Shown here: one piece after another, positions 10,263-25,899 of the stretch
How positions within the stretch are numbered: the stretch's first letter is position 1
Layout of the letters: each line of letters begins with the position of its first letter
Assembly: GCF_009914755.1 (NCBI RefSeq)
Contig: NC_060938.1
DNA length: 64,000 nucleotides
DNA from: the human T2T-CHM13v2.0 reference genome, Homo sapiens
Reading direction: 5' to 3' (one strand)
Translations under genes and position numbers: made by a program
Notes under the pieces: generated by a model
What the model was told of the DNA's origin: nothing
What the model saw: only the letters and a program-made list of their open reading frames with translations
Databases searched by the model: none

Positions 10263-13257
10263 AAGAGTGAGAACTTACTCACTGCTGAGAGAATAGCATC
10301 CAGCCATTCACAGGGGATCTGCTCCCATGATATGAACATATCCCACCAAGCCCCACCTCTAACACTGGGGATCAAATTTCCACATGAGACTCAGTGGAGT
10401 CAAACCACATCCAAACCACAGAAGGCTCCAATGGAAAAAGACAATATGCAAGCACAAATGCACAATGTGAACAGAGAGGTAGAAACACTAAAAAAAAATT
10501 TAACGTTAGAAATTTTAAAAAATGCAAAACTGTAAAAGAAGTGAAGAAAATATTTGATGGGTCCATCAGTAGAATAGTCATGGCTGGGGAAAAAAAATGA
10601 GTGAGCTTGAAGATAAATCAATCAAAACTTCCAAAATAAAATGCAAATAGAAAATGAATTTAAAAAGAAAAATAACATAACATACAAAGACTGTGGGATA
10701 ATTTCAAAAAGGTATAAGATAAGCCAGGCTTATTTCACTTAAAACAATGATCTCCAATTCCATCCATGTTGCTGCAAATGAAAGGATGTCATTTCTTTGT
10801 GTCCAAATAGTATTCCACTGTGTAAATGTACCACATTTTCTTTATCCAGTCGTGTGTTGATGGACACTTAGCTTGCTTCCAAATCTTGGCTATTGTGAAA
10901 AGTGCTGCAACAAACATGAGAGAACAGGTATCTTTTTGATATACTGATTTCCTTTCTTTTGGGTATCTACCCAGGAGTGGGATTGCCACGTCATATGGTA
11001 GCTCCATTTTTAGTTTTTTCAGGAATGTCCAAACTGTTGTTTATTATAGTTGTACTATTTTACATTCTCTCCAATACTGTGTGAAGGTTCTTTTTTCTTT
11101 GATTTACATTTCTCTGATGATCAATGATGTTGAGCACCTTCTTATATGCCTGTTTGCCATTTGTATGTCTTCTTTTGAGAAATATCTATTCAAATCTTTT
11201 GCCCATTTTTTTGATGAGATCATTATATTATTATTTTCTGTGCAGTTGTTTGAGCTCCTTATATACTCTGGTTATTAATCCTTTGTCAGATGGGCAGTTT
11301 GCAAATATTTTCTCCCACTCTGTTTGTTGTCCCTTCACTTTGTTGACTGTTTTGTCTCTTAACTTTGTTAATTGTTTCCTTTGCTTGCAGAAACTTTTTA
11401 ATTTGGTGTAATCCCATTTGTCCATTTTTGCTTTGACTGCCTGTGCTGTGTGTGCTCAAGAAATCTTTGCTGAGAGCAATGTCATGGAAATTTTCCCCAA
11501 AAATTCCTTGTAGCATTTTTATGGTTTGAGGTCTTAGATTTAATTTTTTCATCCATTTTGATTTGATTTTTTATATGGCCAGAGATAATGGTCTAGATTT
11601 ATTCTTCTTCATATGAATATCCAGTTTTCCCAGTACCATTTATTGAACAGACTGTCTTTTCCCCAGTGTATGTACTTGGCAGCTTTGTTGAAAATGAGTT
11701 TACTGTAGGTGTCTGGACTTGTTTCTCGTTATTGATCTTTAGTTTATTCCCTTGTGTTCACAGAAAATGCTTCATATGATTTCAATTTTTTGAATGTTTT
11801 AAGACTTGTTTTGTGATGTAACATATTGTCTGTCCTTGAGAATGATCCATATGCTGAGAAAAAGAATGTGTATTGTGCAACAATTAGGTGCAATGTTCTT
11901 CAAATATCTATTAGATCCATTAGATCTATAAGCACAGACTAAGTCTGAGGTTTCTTTGTAGATTTTCTGTCTTGATATGTTTAATGCTGAAAGTGGGGTG
12001 TTGACGTCTCCAACTGTTATTATATTGGGGCCTATCTCTTGCTTTAGCTCTAATATTATTGCCTTTATATACCTGAGTAGTCCAGGGTTGTGTGCATATA
12101 TATTTAGAATTGTTGTGTCCTCTTCCTGATTGATGTCTTTATTATTACATAGTAGCCTTCTTTGCCTCTTCTTATAGTTTTTGTCTTGAAATAAAATATT
12201 TTTTGTCTGATATAAATATAGCTATTCCTGCTGGGTTTTTTTCCATTGGCATGGAACATCTTTTTCTATCCCTTTATTTTTAGTCTATATGTGTATTTAT
12301 AGGTGAATTGTGTTTCTTGTAGTCAACAGATCAATGAATCTTGTTTTTTAATCCATTTAGCTATTCTACGTCTTTTGATCAGAGAGTTTTGTTCATTTAC
12401 ATTCAATGTCATTATTGATAATTAAGGACTTACTCCTGCCATTTTTTTATTTGTTTTCTGGTTGTTTTGTGGTCTTCCCTTTCCTATTTTGTTTCTTCCC
12501 ATCTTCCATTAGTAAAGGTGATTTTCTCTGGTGATACGATTTAGTCTCTTGCTTTTTACTTTTCCTCTATCTGTTGCATGATATTTAGTTTGAGGATTAT
12601 CATGGTGCTTGCAACTACTATCATATAATTCATTATTTTAACATGATAACCACTTAACACTGGTTTTAACAAGCAAACAAGCAAAAATAAAACTAATGAA
12701 AAGCCTGTATTTTAACTTTGTCTCCCTGCTTTGTAACTTTTTTTCTATTTATATCTGATTTTACTGTCTCTTTCTTGAAAAGTTGTTGTAGTTCTTATTT
12801 TTGATAAGTTCATCATTTAGTCTTTCTACTTAGTAGAAAAGTAGTTTACACACCACAGTTACAGTGTTAAAGTATTATGGATTTTTTTGTGGTGTACATA
12901 CTATTACCAGTGAGTTGTGTACCTTCAGGTGATTACTTATTAGTCATTAATGCCCCTTTCTTTTCTATTGAATTACTCCCTTTAGTATTTCTTGTAGGAC
13001 AGGTCTGATGCTGATGAAACTCCTCAGTTTTTGTTTGTCTTGGAAAGTCTTTATTTCTCCTTCATGTTTGAAGAATATTTTCAGTAGATATACTATTCTA
13101 GGTTAAAAAAGTTTTTTTTTTTTCTTTCGGCACTTTAAATATGTCATGCCACAGTCTCCTGGCCTGAAAGGTGTCTTCTGAAAAGTCTGCTGTCTGATGT
13201 ATTGAAGCTCCATTGTATTTTATGTTTCCTTTTTCTCTTGCTGCTTTTAGGGTTCTT

Positions 13258-15077
<1,820 letters not shown>

Positions 15078-15337
15078 TAGAGTTCTTAAAAAAAATGTGA
15101 ACTTTAAGAGTTTATTAAACTCCTTGAGGTAGTCTTATTTGTCTTAAATCTGCTTGCTGCTTCATAACCTTCTGGTACTTGGATGTTGATATTTTTCCTA
15201 GGTTTGAGAAGTTCTATGTATTTAAATAAACTTTAAATAAATAAGCCTTATCCATTTCTCTACTCTCACTTTAATGCCAATAACTTTTAGATTTGCCTTT
15301 TTAAGGCTATTTTCTGAATCTTGCAGGCATGCTTTTT

Positions 15338-15483
15338 TTTTGTTTGTGTGTGTGTGTTTTTTTGTTTTGTTTTTTTTTTTTTTTTTTTGAGACGGAGTCT
15401 CACTCTGTCACCCAGGCTGGAGTGCACTGGCACGATCCTGGCTCACTGCAAGCTCCGCCTCCTGGGTTCATGCCATTCTCCTG
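15338..15483 (-). mobile_element. 5'-truncated AluY (right-monomer end, ~95 bp) with a tail decayed into a (GT)n/T-rich microsatellite
   Basis: CACTGCAAGCTCCGCC and CATGCCATTCTCCTG are AluY-type; TSD G(C/T)AGGCATGCTTTTT at 15323-15337 and 15484-15498. Confidence 0.9.
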
Positions 15484-16875
15484 GTAGGCATGCTTTTTAA
15501 AAAATTCTTTTTTCTTTTGTCTCCTGCATGTATTTTCAAATAGTTTAATAGTATTTTAATAGTATTTTTAATTATTCAAGCTCAATAATTCTTCTGCTTA
15601 ACCAATTCTGCTATTAAAGGACACTGATGCATTCTTCAGTGTGCCAATTGCATTTTTTCAGCTATAGAATTTCTACTTGATTATTTTTAATTATTTCAAT
15701 CTGTTTGTTAAATATATCTGTTAGAATTCTGAACCTTTTCTGTTTTCCTGAATTTCTTTTAATTTCCTCAAAACAGCTATTTCGAATTCTGTGTCTGAAA
15801 GATCACATATCTCTGTTTCTCCAGGATTGGTACCAGATGTCTTATTTAGATTATTTGGTGAGGTCATGTTTTCCTGGATGGTGTTGATGCTAGTAGATGT
15901 TCTTCAGTGTCTAGGCATTGAAAAGTTAAATATTTATTGTAGTCTTCACTGTCTGCTCTTATTTGTACCCATCCTTCTTGGGAAAGCTTACCAGATATTT
16001 CAAAAAACTTGAGTGTTGTGATCTAAATTGTATCTGCTTTAGGAGGCACCCCAAGAACACTGTGGTTCTTTCAATCTCATACAGTTACCACCTAGATGGC
16101 CTTGAATAAGATCTCAAATAATACTCTAGATTATCAGGCAGACTCTTATTCTCTTCCCTTATTTTGTCCTAAAGAAATAGAGTCTCTCTCTGTTCTGAGC
16201 CACTTGGAATTGAGGGTGGAGTGATACAAGCACCCCTATTGTTACCAACACTATGACTGCACTGGGTCAGACCTGAAGCCAGAACAGCAATGGGTCTTGG
16301 CCAAGTCCTGCTGTAGCCACTCCCTGGATACTGCCTACATTCTCTCAAGATCCTGGGGCTTTACACTCAGCAGGTTGCAAAGCCAGCCAGGCATGTGTTC
16401 TTTTTAGGGTGGCAAGTTTCCCAGTCCCCAGGTGAGTCCAGAGGTGCCTAGGAGCCTGGGACTAGAGTCAAAAAATCTTAGAAGTCTATCTGGTATTCTA
16501 CTGTACTCCAGCAAATCTGATACTCAAGCCACAAGACACATCTTTCTCACTTTTTCCTCCCCTTTCCAAAGGCAAAGGAGCCTCAGCCCATGGCCATAAA
16601 GGAGCCTTAACCCATGGCCACCACCACCGTAGGCCCATGAAGAATACTGCCAGGCTCATTGGTATTCCTTAAAGACCACGGGCACTTTACTCGACCTATG
16701 GTACGTGCTTTCTGGCCTGAGATTCATCCTTTAGGCCAGTTGACTCCACTCTTGCCCAGGGCAGGTCCAGATATGCTTTCTAAGAGTCACATTCTGGAAT
16801 CAGGGACAATAAGATCCCACTCGGTTTTCTACTCCCCTGTAGCTAAGTTGTTAGTCAAGGTACAAGACAATATCC

Positions 16876-16920
16876 TGTATTATATATCATTACATATATG
16901 TATGTATACATATGTGCATG

Positions 16921-16952
<32 letters not shown>

Positions 16953-16970
16953 TACGTATATATATATATA
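16876..16970. repeat. Compound (TA)n/(TG)n microsatellite
   Basis: Visible dinucleotide runs. Confidence 0.9.
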
Positions 16971-17106
16971 AAATACTGACCATATGTCAAGAATTATGCC
17001 AAATCTAGAAATGAAATTAATTTATAATCTAATGGAGGCTACAAAAAAAAAAGGATTGTGGCAATAAAGATGGATACAAGTTCACTAGGCTATAAATCAA
17101 TTTCTT

Positions 17107-17404
17107 TTTTTTTTTTTTTTTTTGAGACAGAGTCTTGCGCTGTTGCCCGGGCTGGAGTGTGGTGGTGCAATCTCGGCTTACTGCAACCTCTGCATCCTGG
17201 GTTCACACCATCCTCCTGCCTCAGCCTCCCGAGTATCTGGGACTACAGTTGCCTGCCACCAAGCCCAGCTAATTTTTTGTATTTTTAGTAGAGACAGGGT
17301 TTCACTATGTTGGCCAAGCTGGTCTCAAACTCCTGACCTCGTGATCCGCCAGCCTCGGCCTCCCAAAGTGCTGGGATTACAGGCATGAGCCCCCGCACCT
17401 GGCC
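17107..17404 (-). mobile_element. Full-length Alu (AluSg-like left arm, some AluY-like positions in the right arm)
   Basis: Poly(T), dimeric body ending GGCC; 14-bp TSD TAAATCAATTTCTT (17093-17106 and 17405-17418). Confidence 0.92.
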
Positions 17405-19802
17405 TAAATCAATTTCTTAATAGTGAATGGCAATGGACATTTATATTTTAACTTACCTCTCACAGTTCAAATGAAATTCAAATTTATCCTTAGTGCATGT
17501 TAAGAGCTGTAGAGTGGCAGAAGTACATTAATCTCCTCAAGATTATGTGTACAAAATTACTTAATATCCACATTGAGTACATTGAAAAAAAATCACAGAA
17601 TTTGAATTTCTGTTATAACTAATCTGAAGATACTTTTTGGCCTCACAAAATATTACAAGCATTTGACACAACAGAAATTTCACAGTGTAAACATAGATAC
17701 TTCTCCTAGTCTATTAATTTACTGGGATGTGCAAATTGTTCTGCTATCTGGGTGAGGCTGTAGAAAACAAGTGCTATAAAATTGATTGTTTCTTATTCCT
17801 AGAATTGTGCTTTTCCTGATTCATGTTGTCAATTATTTAACTCTTCATGGCTACAGGAGCCCTTTCAACAAGATGGACTTTCATAAAGGAAAAATACTAT
17901 ATGAAGCATCACTATCATAAAGATGCTTTTCCACTTTCTCCAAATGTAATTTATATATCATAATGCTTTATCAGCAATATTTTCAAGAAAATTTATTTTT
18001 TGTTTTTCTGTACTACAAATAATATCTATAGCTTCAAAATATGTTATGATTACCATCGTGAATCTGAATTTAGCATTATTTTTATAGATGCTTGCTTTTT
18101 AATTTATATATTTCAAGTCATGCCCCAAAATGATCAACAAATTAATAAATTTATATAATGCTTTTATTCTTAAATTAATAATTTGAAACACATACCTAAA
18201 AACTTGATTAGAGTTTTGACTCCTGTGTCAAAGGATTTTACATGCTTTCATATGAGTATGTAGATGCAACATTTTGAACCCAGAGGGAAAATGTTGTTTA
18301 TGTATTTTCTTATTCCAAAGTTATTTATTAATTTTAGTAAATTTTTTGCTTGTTTGTTTTGTTTCTGGCACTGATAATATGTAATGTGAGAGTGGGGGCC
18401 CTCACATAGTCACACAATTGGTTTTATATAGAATGTTACCATCACCTGAATCTAAATAATGTCAGTTTGATTTACTGTATAAAGTTAAGATAATTTTATG
18501 GTTTTTTTCTAGGATAGAATTTAGGCCAAAGAAAATTTACAGCTTTAAAAATATCTTCATTAATTTTTTTCCTTGAGTTGGTTAGTCTTGTGAATAACTT
18601 TTTTCCAAAAATTTTAAAATTAAAAAAATGATAAACTGTTTTATCTACTTGTAATCCGCTAGCAGTGAGATACAGTCACTCAAAATACTTCAATCCAGAT
18701 TAAGGGTTACCAGGATATAAAAGATTGGAGGATAATTTAATTATTTAAAGTGATAAAACATGGAACATCTCCAGGTTAAACATATTGAAGAGGAAGATCT
18801 TCATTTCTAAAATAATAATAATATTAATCAGATGAAAGTTTAAAAATCACCAGAGCATCTAGTTAGAAAAGGAGCCAACTACTTAGTCTTAGATGATGCA
18901 AAATGGAGAAAAAAGTTTGAGTTGATTCGGTGACCAGAGCTTAGTATTGAAGAATCACATGGTCCAAGTGAAGCAGGTTGTTCATGACAGATCAGCTAGC
19001 ATAATGAACTAGATAAAAGCTGCTGCAAAGTCATTTAACTCTGAGAAGGGAAATCGTCCTTCTCTCTTACATGCCAAGAGGAGCTCTCCAGAGGAATTTG
19101 CTTATATGCCACAATACAAGCCATGGTGGATTAGCTTTATGATGATTAAGATGTTTATCAACTTATTATATTTCCTACTCAGGTCATTGTAAATGTTGTG
19201 ATTAAGTGGGCATGTGTTGCACGGGTGTCTCATGTAAACTTATTGTTATAAAATCAAACAACAGTCCAACAGCCGTATCAGCTCCTTTGTTTCAGCATTC
19301 TCTTATGGGTTTTTCAGATGTTAAGAAAATTAGAGTGATTAGCACAAGAAAGGGCAAAGACTGCAGCTAGAAATACTTAAATGATAATTAAGGAAAGAAT
19401 GAAAATGAAGTGGATGTTGATGAATTTCAAGCAAAGTCTTAAGTCAGAGGTTAGATGGACTGGTAGGAGACCTTTCTGATCCCCCAACATTTAATGGTTG
19501 AAACAAATCTATTCTGTTCAAACAGGTTGGGATATTTTTAAAGCCAGAAGGCAAAGATGGCAGTGAGAAATCTGAACTGGAATCAACAGGGGCAAATTAA
19601 TCAGGTTGAAGATTAACAGAGTCTTGGTTTCCTTAGCCTGAGCCCTTGCTGGGTACTAAAATTCATATGTACATGTGTGGTTAAAATGGCCAGGAATGGA
19701 GAAGAAATCTCTCTGATGCTTCTTCACATGGAGCCCAATGCACTGTGATTTCAAACCTCTTGATGAAGCCCTAATATAGGACTATAATTAGATGGGCAAT
19801 AT

Positions 19803-19890
19803 ACTCTCTCTCTCTCTCTCTGTGTATATATATGTATATATATAAAATACATATATATTACATATGTAATATGTATATCATATATATATA
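19803..19890. repeat. (CT)n(TA)n compound microsatellite
   Basis: Visible runs. Confidence 0.9.
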
Positions 19891-20452
19891 AAACAATTGA
19901 TGGAATTAAGGTGAAAATTTGCATGAAAATTGCATTTATGGACTATTGGTACATGTCTAGACATCATGGGAAAAGCTGAACTTACTTTTATTAAGGAGTG
20001 ATACTTAGTGGAAAATAATTTGTTTTCCAGAATAAGCGGATTTGAAGAAATTCTTATTCAAGAGGAAGTCAAGGGATATAAGTCAGCATGGAAAGATGAA
20101 GATTAATGAAGTGAGCCAGATAGACTTGATAAATAATGCTGGATAATGTTAGGACCCAATGTCATGGAATAACTTGTACTCTGACCCAATAGAGCCTCTT
20201 GACTATTTTAGTACAGGTGGAGGCTGGAAGTAGCCATTGGGCTGTAGCTCTGTCTTCCAGGCGATGAAACTCAAGGGGCACATTAAAAGGAATCTCATAG
20301 GCCTCTAAACTTACAAAAGTCTCGAAAGCATTTGCAATATACATTGATAAACTATGACTGTCCTTACCTTAAGACTATATAAGACACAAAATGTTTCAGT
20401 CTCAGATTTTTAAAGACATCAAGTACCACTATAAATGTTTTTAAGTATAAAG

Positions 20453-20735
20453 GGCTGGTTGTGGTGGTTTATGATTGCAATCCCAGCACTTTTGGAGGAC
20501 AACGCTGGAAGATTGCTTGAGGCCAGGAGTTTAAGACCTGTCTTGATAACATAGTGAGACCCCTTCTCTACAAAAATGTGAAAATTAGCTGGCTGTGATG
20601 GCACATGCTCACAACCTTAGCTACTCAGGAGGCTGAGGCAGGAGGATCACTTGAACTCAGGATTTAAGACCCCAATGACCCATGATTGCATGACTGTACT
20701 CCAGCTTGGATGACAGAGTGAGTCACTGTCTCAAA
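20453..20735 (+). mobile_element. AluJ (diverged, almost no tail)
   Basis: GATTGCTTGAGGCCAGGAGTT and GGAGGATCACTTGAAC, AluJ-type motifs; heavy CpG decay. Confidence 0.88.
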
Positions 20736-20783
20736 TTATAAGGCTCATAATGAGAAGGATTGCTACATTTTTTGAGAAAGCGT

Positions 20784-22619
20784 TGATATGGTTTGGCCAT
20801 ATCTCCATCCAAATCTCATATTCAATTGTAGTTCCCATAATACCCATGTGTTGTGAAAGAGAACCAGTGGGAAGTAATTGCATCATGGGGGTGGTTACTT
20901 CTATGCAGTTCTTGAAACAGTAAGCGAGCTCTTATGAGATCTTATGGTTTTATAAGGGGATTCCCCCACCACTTTGCTCTGCACTTCTCCTTGCTATTGC
21001 CAGGTGATGAAGGACATGTTTGCTTCCCCTTCCACCATAATAGTAAGTTTCCTGAGGCCTCCACAGCCCTGCTGAACTGTGAGTAAATTAAATCTCTCTT
21101 TTTAAATAAATTACCCAGTCTAGGGTATGTCTTTATTAGCAGTGTTAAAACAGACTAATACAGTAAATTGGTACTGGTAGTGGGGCACTACTGTAAATAA
21201 ACCCAAAAATGTGAAAGCAACTTTGGAATTGGGTAACAGACAGAGATTGAAACAGATTGGAGTGGTCAGAGGAAGACAGGAAAATGTGCGAAAGTTTGGA
21301 ACTTCCTAGAGACTTGGATGGCTCAGAAGACAGGACAATGTAATCAAGTTTGGAACTTCCTAGAGACTTGTTGAATGGCTTGGATCAACATGCTGATAGT
21401 AAAATGGACAACAAAGACCAGGCTGAAGTGATCTCAGATGGAGATAAGGAACTTATTGGGAACTGGAGTAAATGTCACTCTTGTTAAGTAAAGAGACTAG
21501 CAGCATTTAGCCCCTGCCCTACAGATCTGTGAAACTTTGAACTTGAGAGAGATGATTTAGTGCATCTGGCAGAAGAAATTTCTAAGCAGTAAAGCATTCA
21601 AGAGGAAGCAGAGCATAAAAGTTTGGAAAATTTGCAGCCTGATGATGCAATAGAATAGAAAAACCCATCTTCTGGGGAGAAATTCAAGCCAGCTCCAGAA
21701 ATTTGCACAAGTAATAAGGAGTCAAATGTTAATCACCAAGACAGTGGGGAAAATGTCTCCAGGGTGTGTCAGAGACAATCACAGTAGCCCCTCCCATCAT
21801 AGGCCCAGAGGCCTAGGAGGAAAAAATGGTTTTGTGGGCCAGGCACAGACCCCACCGTTCTCTGTACAGCTTAGGGACTCGGTGCCCTGCATTCCAGCTG
21901 CTCTAGCCTTGGCTAAAAGGGGCCAAGGTACGGCTCAGGCCATGGCTTCAGAGAGCACAAGCCACAAGCCTTGGCAACTTCCACGTGGTGTTGAGCCTGT
22001 GGGTGTATAGAAATCAAGAATTGAGGTTTGGGAACCTCTACCTAGATTTCAAAGGATGTATAGAAACACCTGGGTGTCCAGGCAGAAGTTTGTGGCAGGG
22101 TGGGGCCCTCACGAAGAACCTCTGCTAGGGCAGTGCAGAAGGAAAATGTGGTGTCGTAGCCTCCATACAGAGTCCCTACTGGGGCACTGACTAGTGGAGC
22201 TGTGAAGAGGACCACCGTCCTCCAGACCCCAGAATGGTAGATCCACTGACAGCATGCACTGTGCACCTGGAAAAGCCACAGACACTCAATGTTGGCCTGT
22301 GAAAGCAGCCAGTAGGGGTCTTTAACCTGCAAAGCCACAGGGACAAAGTTGTCCAAGAGCATGGGAGACTACCTCTTGCATCAGTGTGACCAGGATGTGA
22401 GACACGGAGACAAAGGAGATTATTTTGGAACTTTAAGGTTTAATGGCTGCCCTACTGGACTTCAGACTTGCATGGGGCATGTACCCCAATTTCTCCCATT
22501 TGAAATGGGTGTATTTCCCCAATGCCTATATGCCCATTTATCTAAGACATAACAAAATTGGTTTTGATTTTACAGGTCCATAGGCAGAATGGACTTGCCT
22601 TGTCTCAGATGAGACTTTG
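20784..22619 (+). mobile_element. THE1C/D element: 5' LTR 20784-21162 plus internal region; 3' LTR missing
   Basis: TGATATGGTTTGG...CAGACTAATACA LTR, then an internal region homologous to 1169-2640 that stops abruptly at GAGACTTTG. Confidence 0.92.
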
Positions 22620-23665
22620 CTGATAGAGAAAATCTATAGTATAATGCAAAACATTGGAACAGTGTCATCAGTTGTCAGTCTTTCTTGTCTAATAATGACA
22701 TGTCAAATGACTACTGATTATCTGATCTGAATGTTAAAAACAAAAATCTGTATTCTTAGATATTAAAGTAACTGTTTATTCCACTCATTTTTTCCCACTG
22801 CCTCATTAGTTTTCATCTATTCAACCTATATTACATAAAATTTGTCATCAAATTAACATTAATTACATCCCCCCAATACTCCCCTTTATTATTCCTCTAC
22901 TCAATTTCCTGTTACTTGTTCAAAACTATAGTTGAATTGACATTTCTAGAGTACCAAGTATTTAAGGAACACTTAATTTTAGTGGCCAGAAGACATGTCA
23001 GAAAGAGCTGCTTACAAGAGTAAATAATTATAATAAATGTCAAGACTTTGAAACCTTCATTCTAAATCAAGTGAGTAAACCTTGAATCTTTATTACAGTG
23101 AGATTAAAACACTAATTTTACTTTGTAGAAGTATTACCTATGAAGTTCCCAGGTTTAGGAATAGTTGGCATTAACATATTAATCATAGTAATTAATTACA
23201 AAATAATTGGTGCGGTGAAAATGGAATGAATTTTAGAACCAGACATATAATGGGTTCCTTTATATATCTACTGTTCACTTTTTGGTGATTTGGCAAAATT
23301 AGTATAATCTTTCTGAGTTTTCTTTTCCGTACAATGGAATTAACAAATAATACCAAAAGTTCTAGAGGATTCTTGAAATAATAGATATAACCACCCAGGT
23401 ACAACTTAGATAATCAAAACAAGTTTATTTCTGCCAGTTTCATTATCAGCCTTCTATTAATTTTTATATGCAAAATTCTGGATACTGGACTTAAATTGCC
23501 TTTAGCATTTTGCAATTTCTCTTTGTTCAATTGTAACATAAACTAACTTGAGAGAAGTAATACAGTATGTTATTTTAACTCAGTTCATTCCCTTTAAAAG
23601 CTCCTATAGTACATCATTCTCCATGATAAAATTAACACAGTCAGATAATTGCCCATCAGGCCTAC

Positions 23666-24032
23666 TTTATTAGACATTTTTCATACTGCTATAAAGTCTA
23701 TACCTGAGACTTGGTAATTTATTTTAAAAAGAGATTTAATTGACTCACTGTTTTGCATGGCTTGGGAGACCTCAGGAAATTTACAATCATGGCAGAAGAA
23801 GAAAGGGAAGCAAAAACCATCTTCACATAGCAGCAGGAGAGAGAAGGGAAAGTGAAAGGGAAAGAGCCCCTCATAAAACTATCAGATCTCGTGAGAACTC
23901 ACTCACTATTATGAGATCACCATGGGGAAAACTTCACCCATGACCCAATCGCTTCCCATCTCCCACCCTTGATACGTGGAGTTTACAATTTGAAATGAGA
24001 TTTGGGTGCAGACACAGAGCCAAACCCTATCA
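23666..24032 (-). mobile_element. THE1D/MSTA-type solo LTR
   Basis: TATTAG...CTGCTATAAAG...CAAACCCTATCA; near-TSD CCTAC/CCTGC. Confidence 0.85.
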
Positions 24033-25124
24033 CCTGCAGTTTCAGAAAATATATTATTTCAGATCAAACAATGGGTATATGAAGTCCTGCAAACTTGATC
24101 CATACAAAACATATCAGTGTATTCTTTCATAAAAGTCAAAATGCTGTTGAGAAAACTGATTTTCAGGATTGGCAAATCAATATATATCTTTCTAAGAGTT
24201 AGACTTATAGTTAAACCACATAATAATAAAAAATGTCCGTGTGTCAAAAGCCAGAATAAGTGTTGATATATGATTCATGTTTTTTATGTATCTGCCACAT
24301 GGATGGAAGAACTTCAATCTGTGGAGAGTTTTTAAATGGATATTTACAACTACTTTCATTTTGCCATTATGTTGATGTGATTTTCTTAAATGATTTTTCT
24401 CTAAGCAAGGTAGAATTTGATGAAGTTTCTGCTTTGCAAATTAAAGTCATGTCTATTTTTATCTTGTTGCCATTATACTGATGATTACGTGAGTATAATA
24501 TTTCAAAATTTTCCAAAATGTTTAGTGATATCCTTTTCCACAATTTCTTGATTTATTTTTAAGCAACTAAATTTATATGAGGATTCTATTTTTTAAACTA
24601 ATTCTTAGAATGACATCTTACTATTATAATTTTTAATCACAAATTACACTAGTGGATTGGTAAGAGATGAAGAAATATTTCAAAAGCTGGTTGGTAAAAG
24701 ATATTTCCAATAAAAATGGTTTTCCTTAGATTTATCGTAAGAATGTTTCGATTAGAAAGTATTATACAGTATTGCTTTAAAATGACTTTAATGCAATATA
24801 GTCATTCTTCTATCTGATTTTATGCTACACTATTTGGAAATAATTATAATGTTAATTAAATTTAACTGGATTTTCTTGAATTCGTGGCTATACTAGTCTA
24901 ATATTTTATGCTCATAGAAAGTATTTCTGTTCATTTATCATTGATATTTATTATTACCTTTAAATTTATTATTTATTATTACAGCTACCCTAAATTACAG
25001 GGTTATTTAAAAGCAAATTAAAATTATAAAACACTATTTAAAATAGCAAAATGACTTTGGCAAATATGTACTGTTCTACACATTTTAATTGTAGAATTGT
25101 AATGTTAAAAAATCAATGAATTTT

Positions 25125-25361
25125 CCAAAATAGAACTACATTATGTTAAAAAATGAAGTTTTAATCTAAAAAACCTACTCACTGGTTCTTCAGAAGATTA
25201 AACAATATTGATAGAATGCTAGCTAGATTAATAAAGGAAAAGAAAGAGAGAAGATACAAACACAGCCAAAATAGAACTACAATGTGTTAAAAATGAAGTT
25301 TTAATCTAAAAACCCTACTTACTGGTTCTTCAAAAGATTAAACAATATTGATAGACTGCTA
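25125..25361 (+). repeat. Direct duplication of ~97 bp (25125-25221 and 25266-25361) containing a short L1 ORF2 snippet
   Basis: CCAAAATAGAACTACA...GATAGA(A/C)TGCTA occurs twice; the second half resembles L1 '[25 protein letters not shown]'. Confidence 0.85.
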
Positions 25362-25362
25362 T

Positions 25363-25818
25363 CAAGGTGAAGTCCCACAATAGGCCATCTGCAAGCTGAG
25401 GAGTAAGGAAGCCAGTCCAAGTCCCAAAACCTCAAAAATATAAAAGCCAACAGTGCAGTCCTCAGTCCGTGGCCAAAGGCCTGAGAGCCCTTGGCAAATC
25501 ATTGATATAAGTCCAAGAGTCCAAAAACTGAAGAACTTGGAGTTTGATGATGGAAGGCAGGAAGCATCCCGCATGGGAGAAAGATGAAGGCTGGAGGACT
25601 CAGCAAGTCTGCTCATTCCACTTTCTTCAGCCTGCTTTGTTCTAGCCAAGCTGGCAGCTGATTAGATGGTGCCCACCCAGATTAGGGGTGGGTCTGCCAC
25701 TCCCAGTCCACTGACTCAAACGTTAATCTCCTTTGGCAACACCCTCACAGACACACCCGAGAACAATACTCTGCATCCTTCAATTCAATAAAGTTAACAC
25801 TCAATGTTAACCATTACA
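25363..25818 (-). mobile_element. MLT2A2-like ERV-L LTR, truncated at the left end
   Basis: AAGGTGAAGTCCCACAATAGGCCATCTGCAAGCTGAGG...AATGTTAACCATTACA. Confidence 0.88.
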
Positions 25819-25899
25819 CCACAGAAGCTCTTTGGCTTTACGAGTTAATACAATAAGCCCGAGAATGTTGAAAACTGTTATACTACATAGTAAAGAACA

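Larger units (their letters stand above)
6674..10423 (-). mobile_element. MSTB-like MaLR solo LTR, split by MER41A, an ERV1 provirus remnant and an Alu
   Basis: GTTGCTATGAAGGAATATCTGAGGTTGGGTAATTTATAAAG at the left end and CATCCAAACCACAG at the right end; the pieces rejoin collinearly; 5-bp TSD GGCTC at 6669-6673 and 10424-10428. Confidence 0.85.
5490..10718 (+). mobile_element. Old L1M (L1MC/L1MD-type) 5' end/ORF1 remnant, interrupted at 6674-10423 by nested LTR elements
   Basis: The ORF1-like sequence AATATGGTAAGGGCTC resumes after the MST as GGCTCCAATGGAAAAAGACAATATGCAAG...AGAGAGGTAGAAACACTA; A-rich sense strand. Confidence 0.7.

Noticed and set aside
21240-21375. Direct repeat of GTTTGGAACTTCCTAGAGACTTG
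   Set aside because: I recall this duplication as common in THE1/MST internal sequences, so it is probably inherited from the element.
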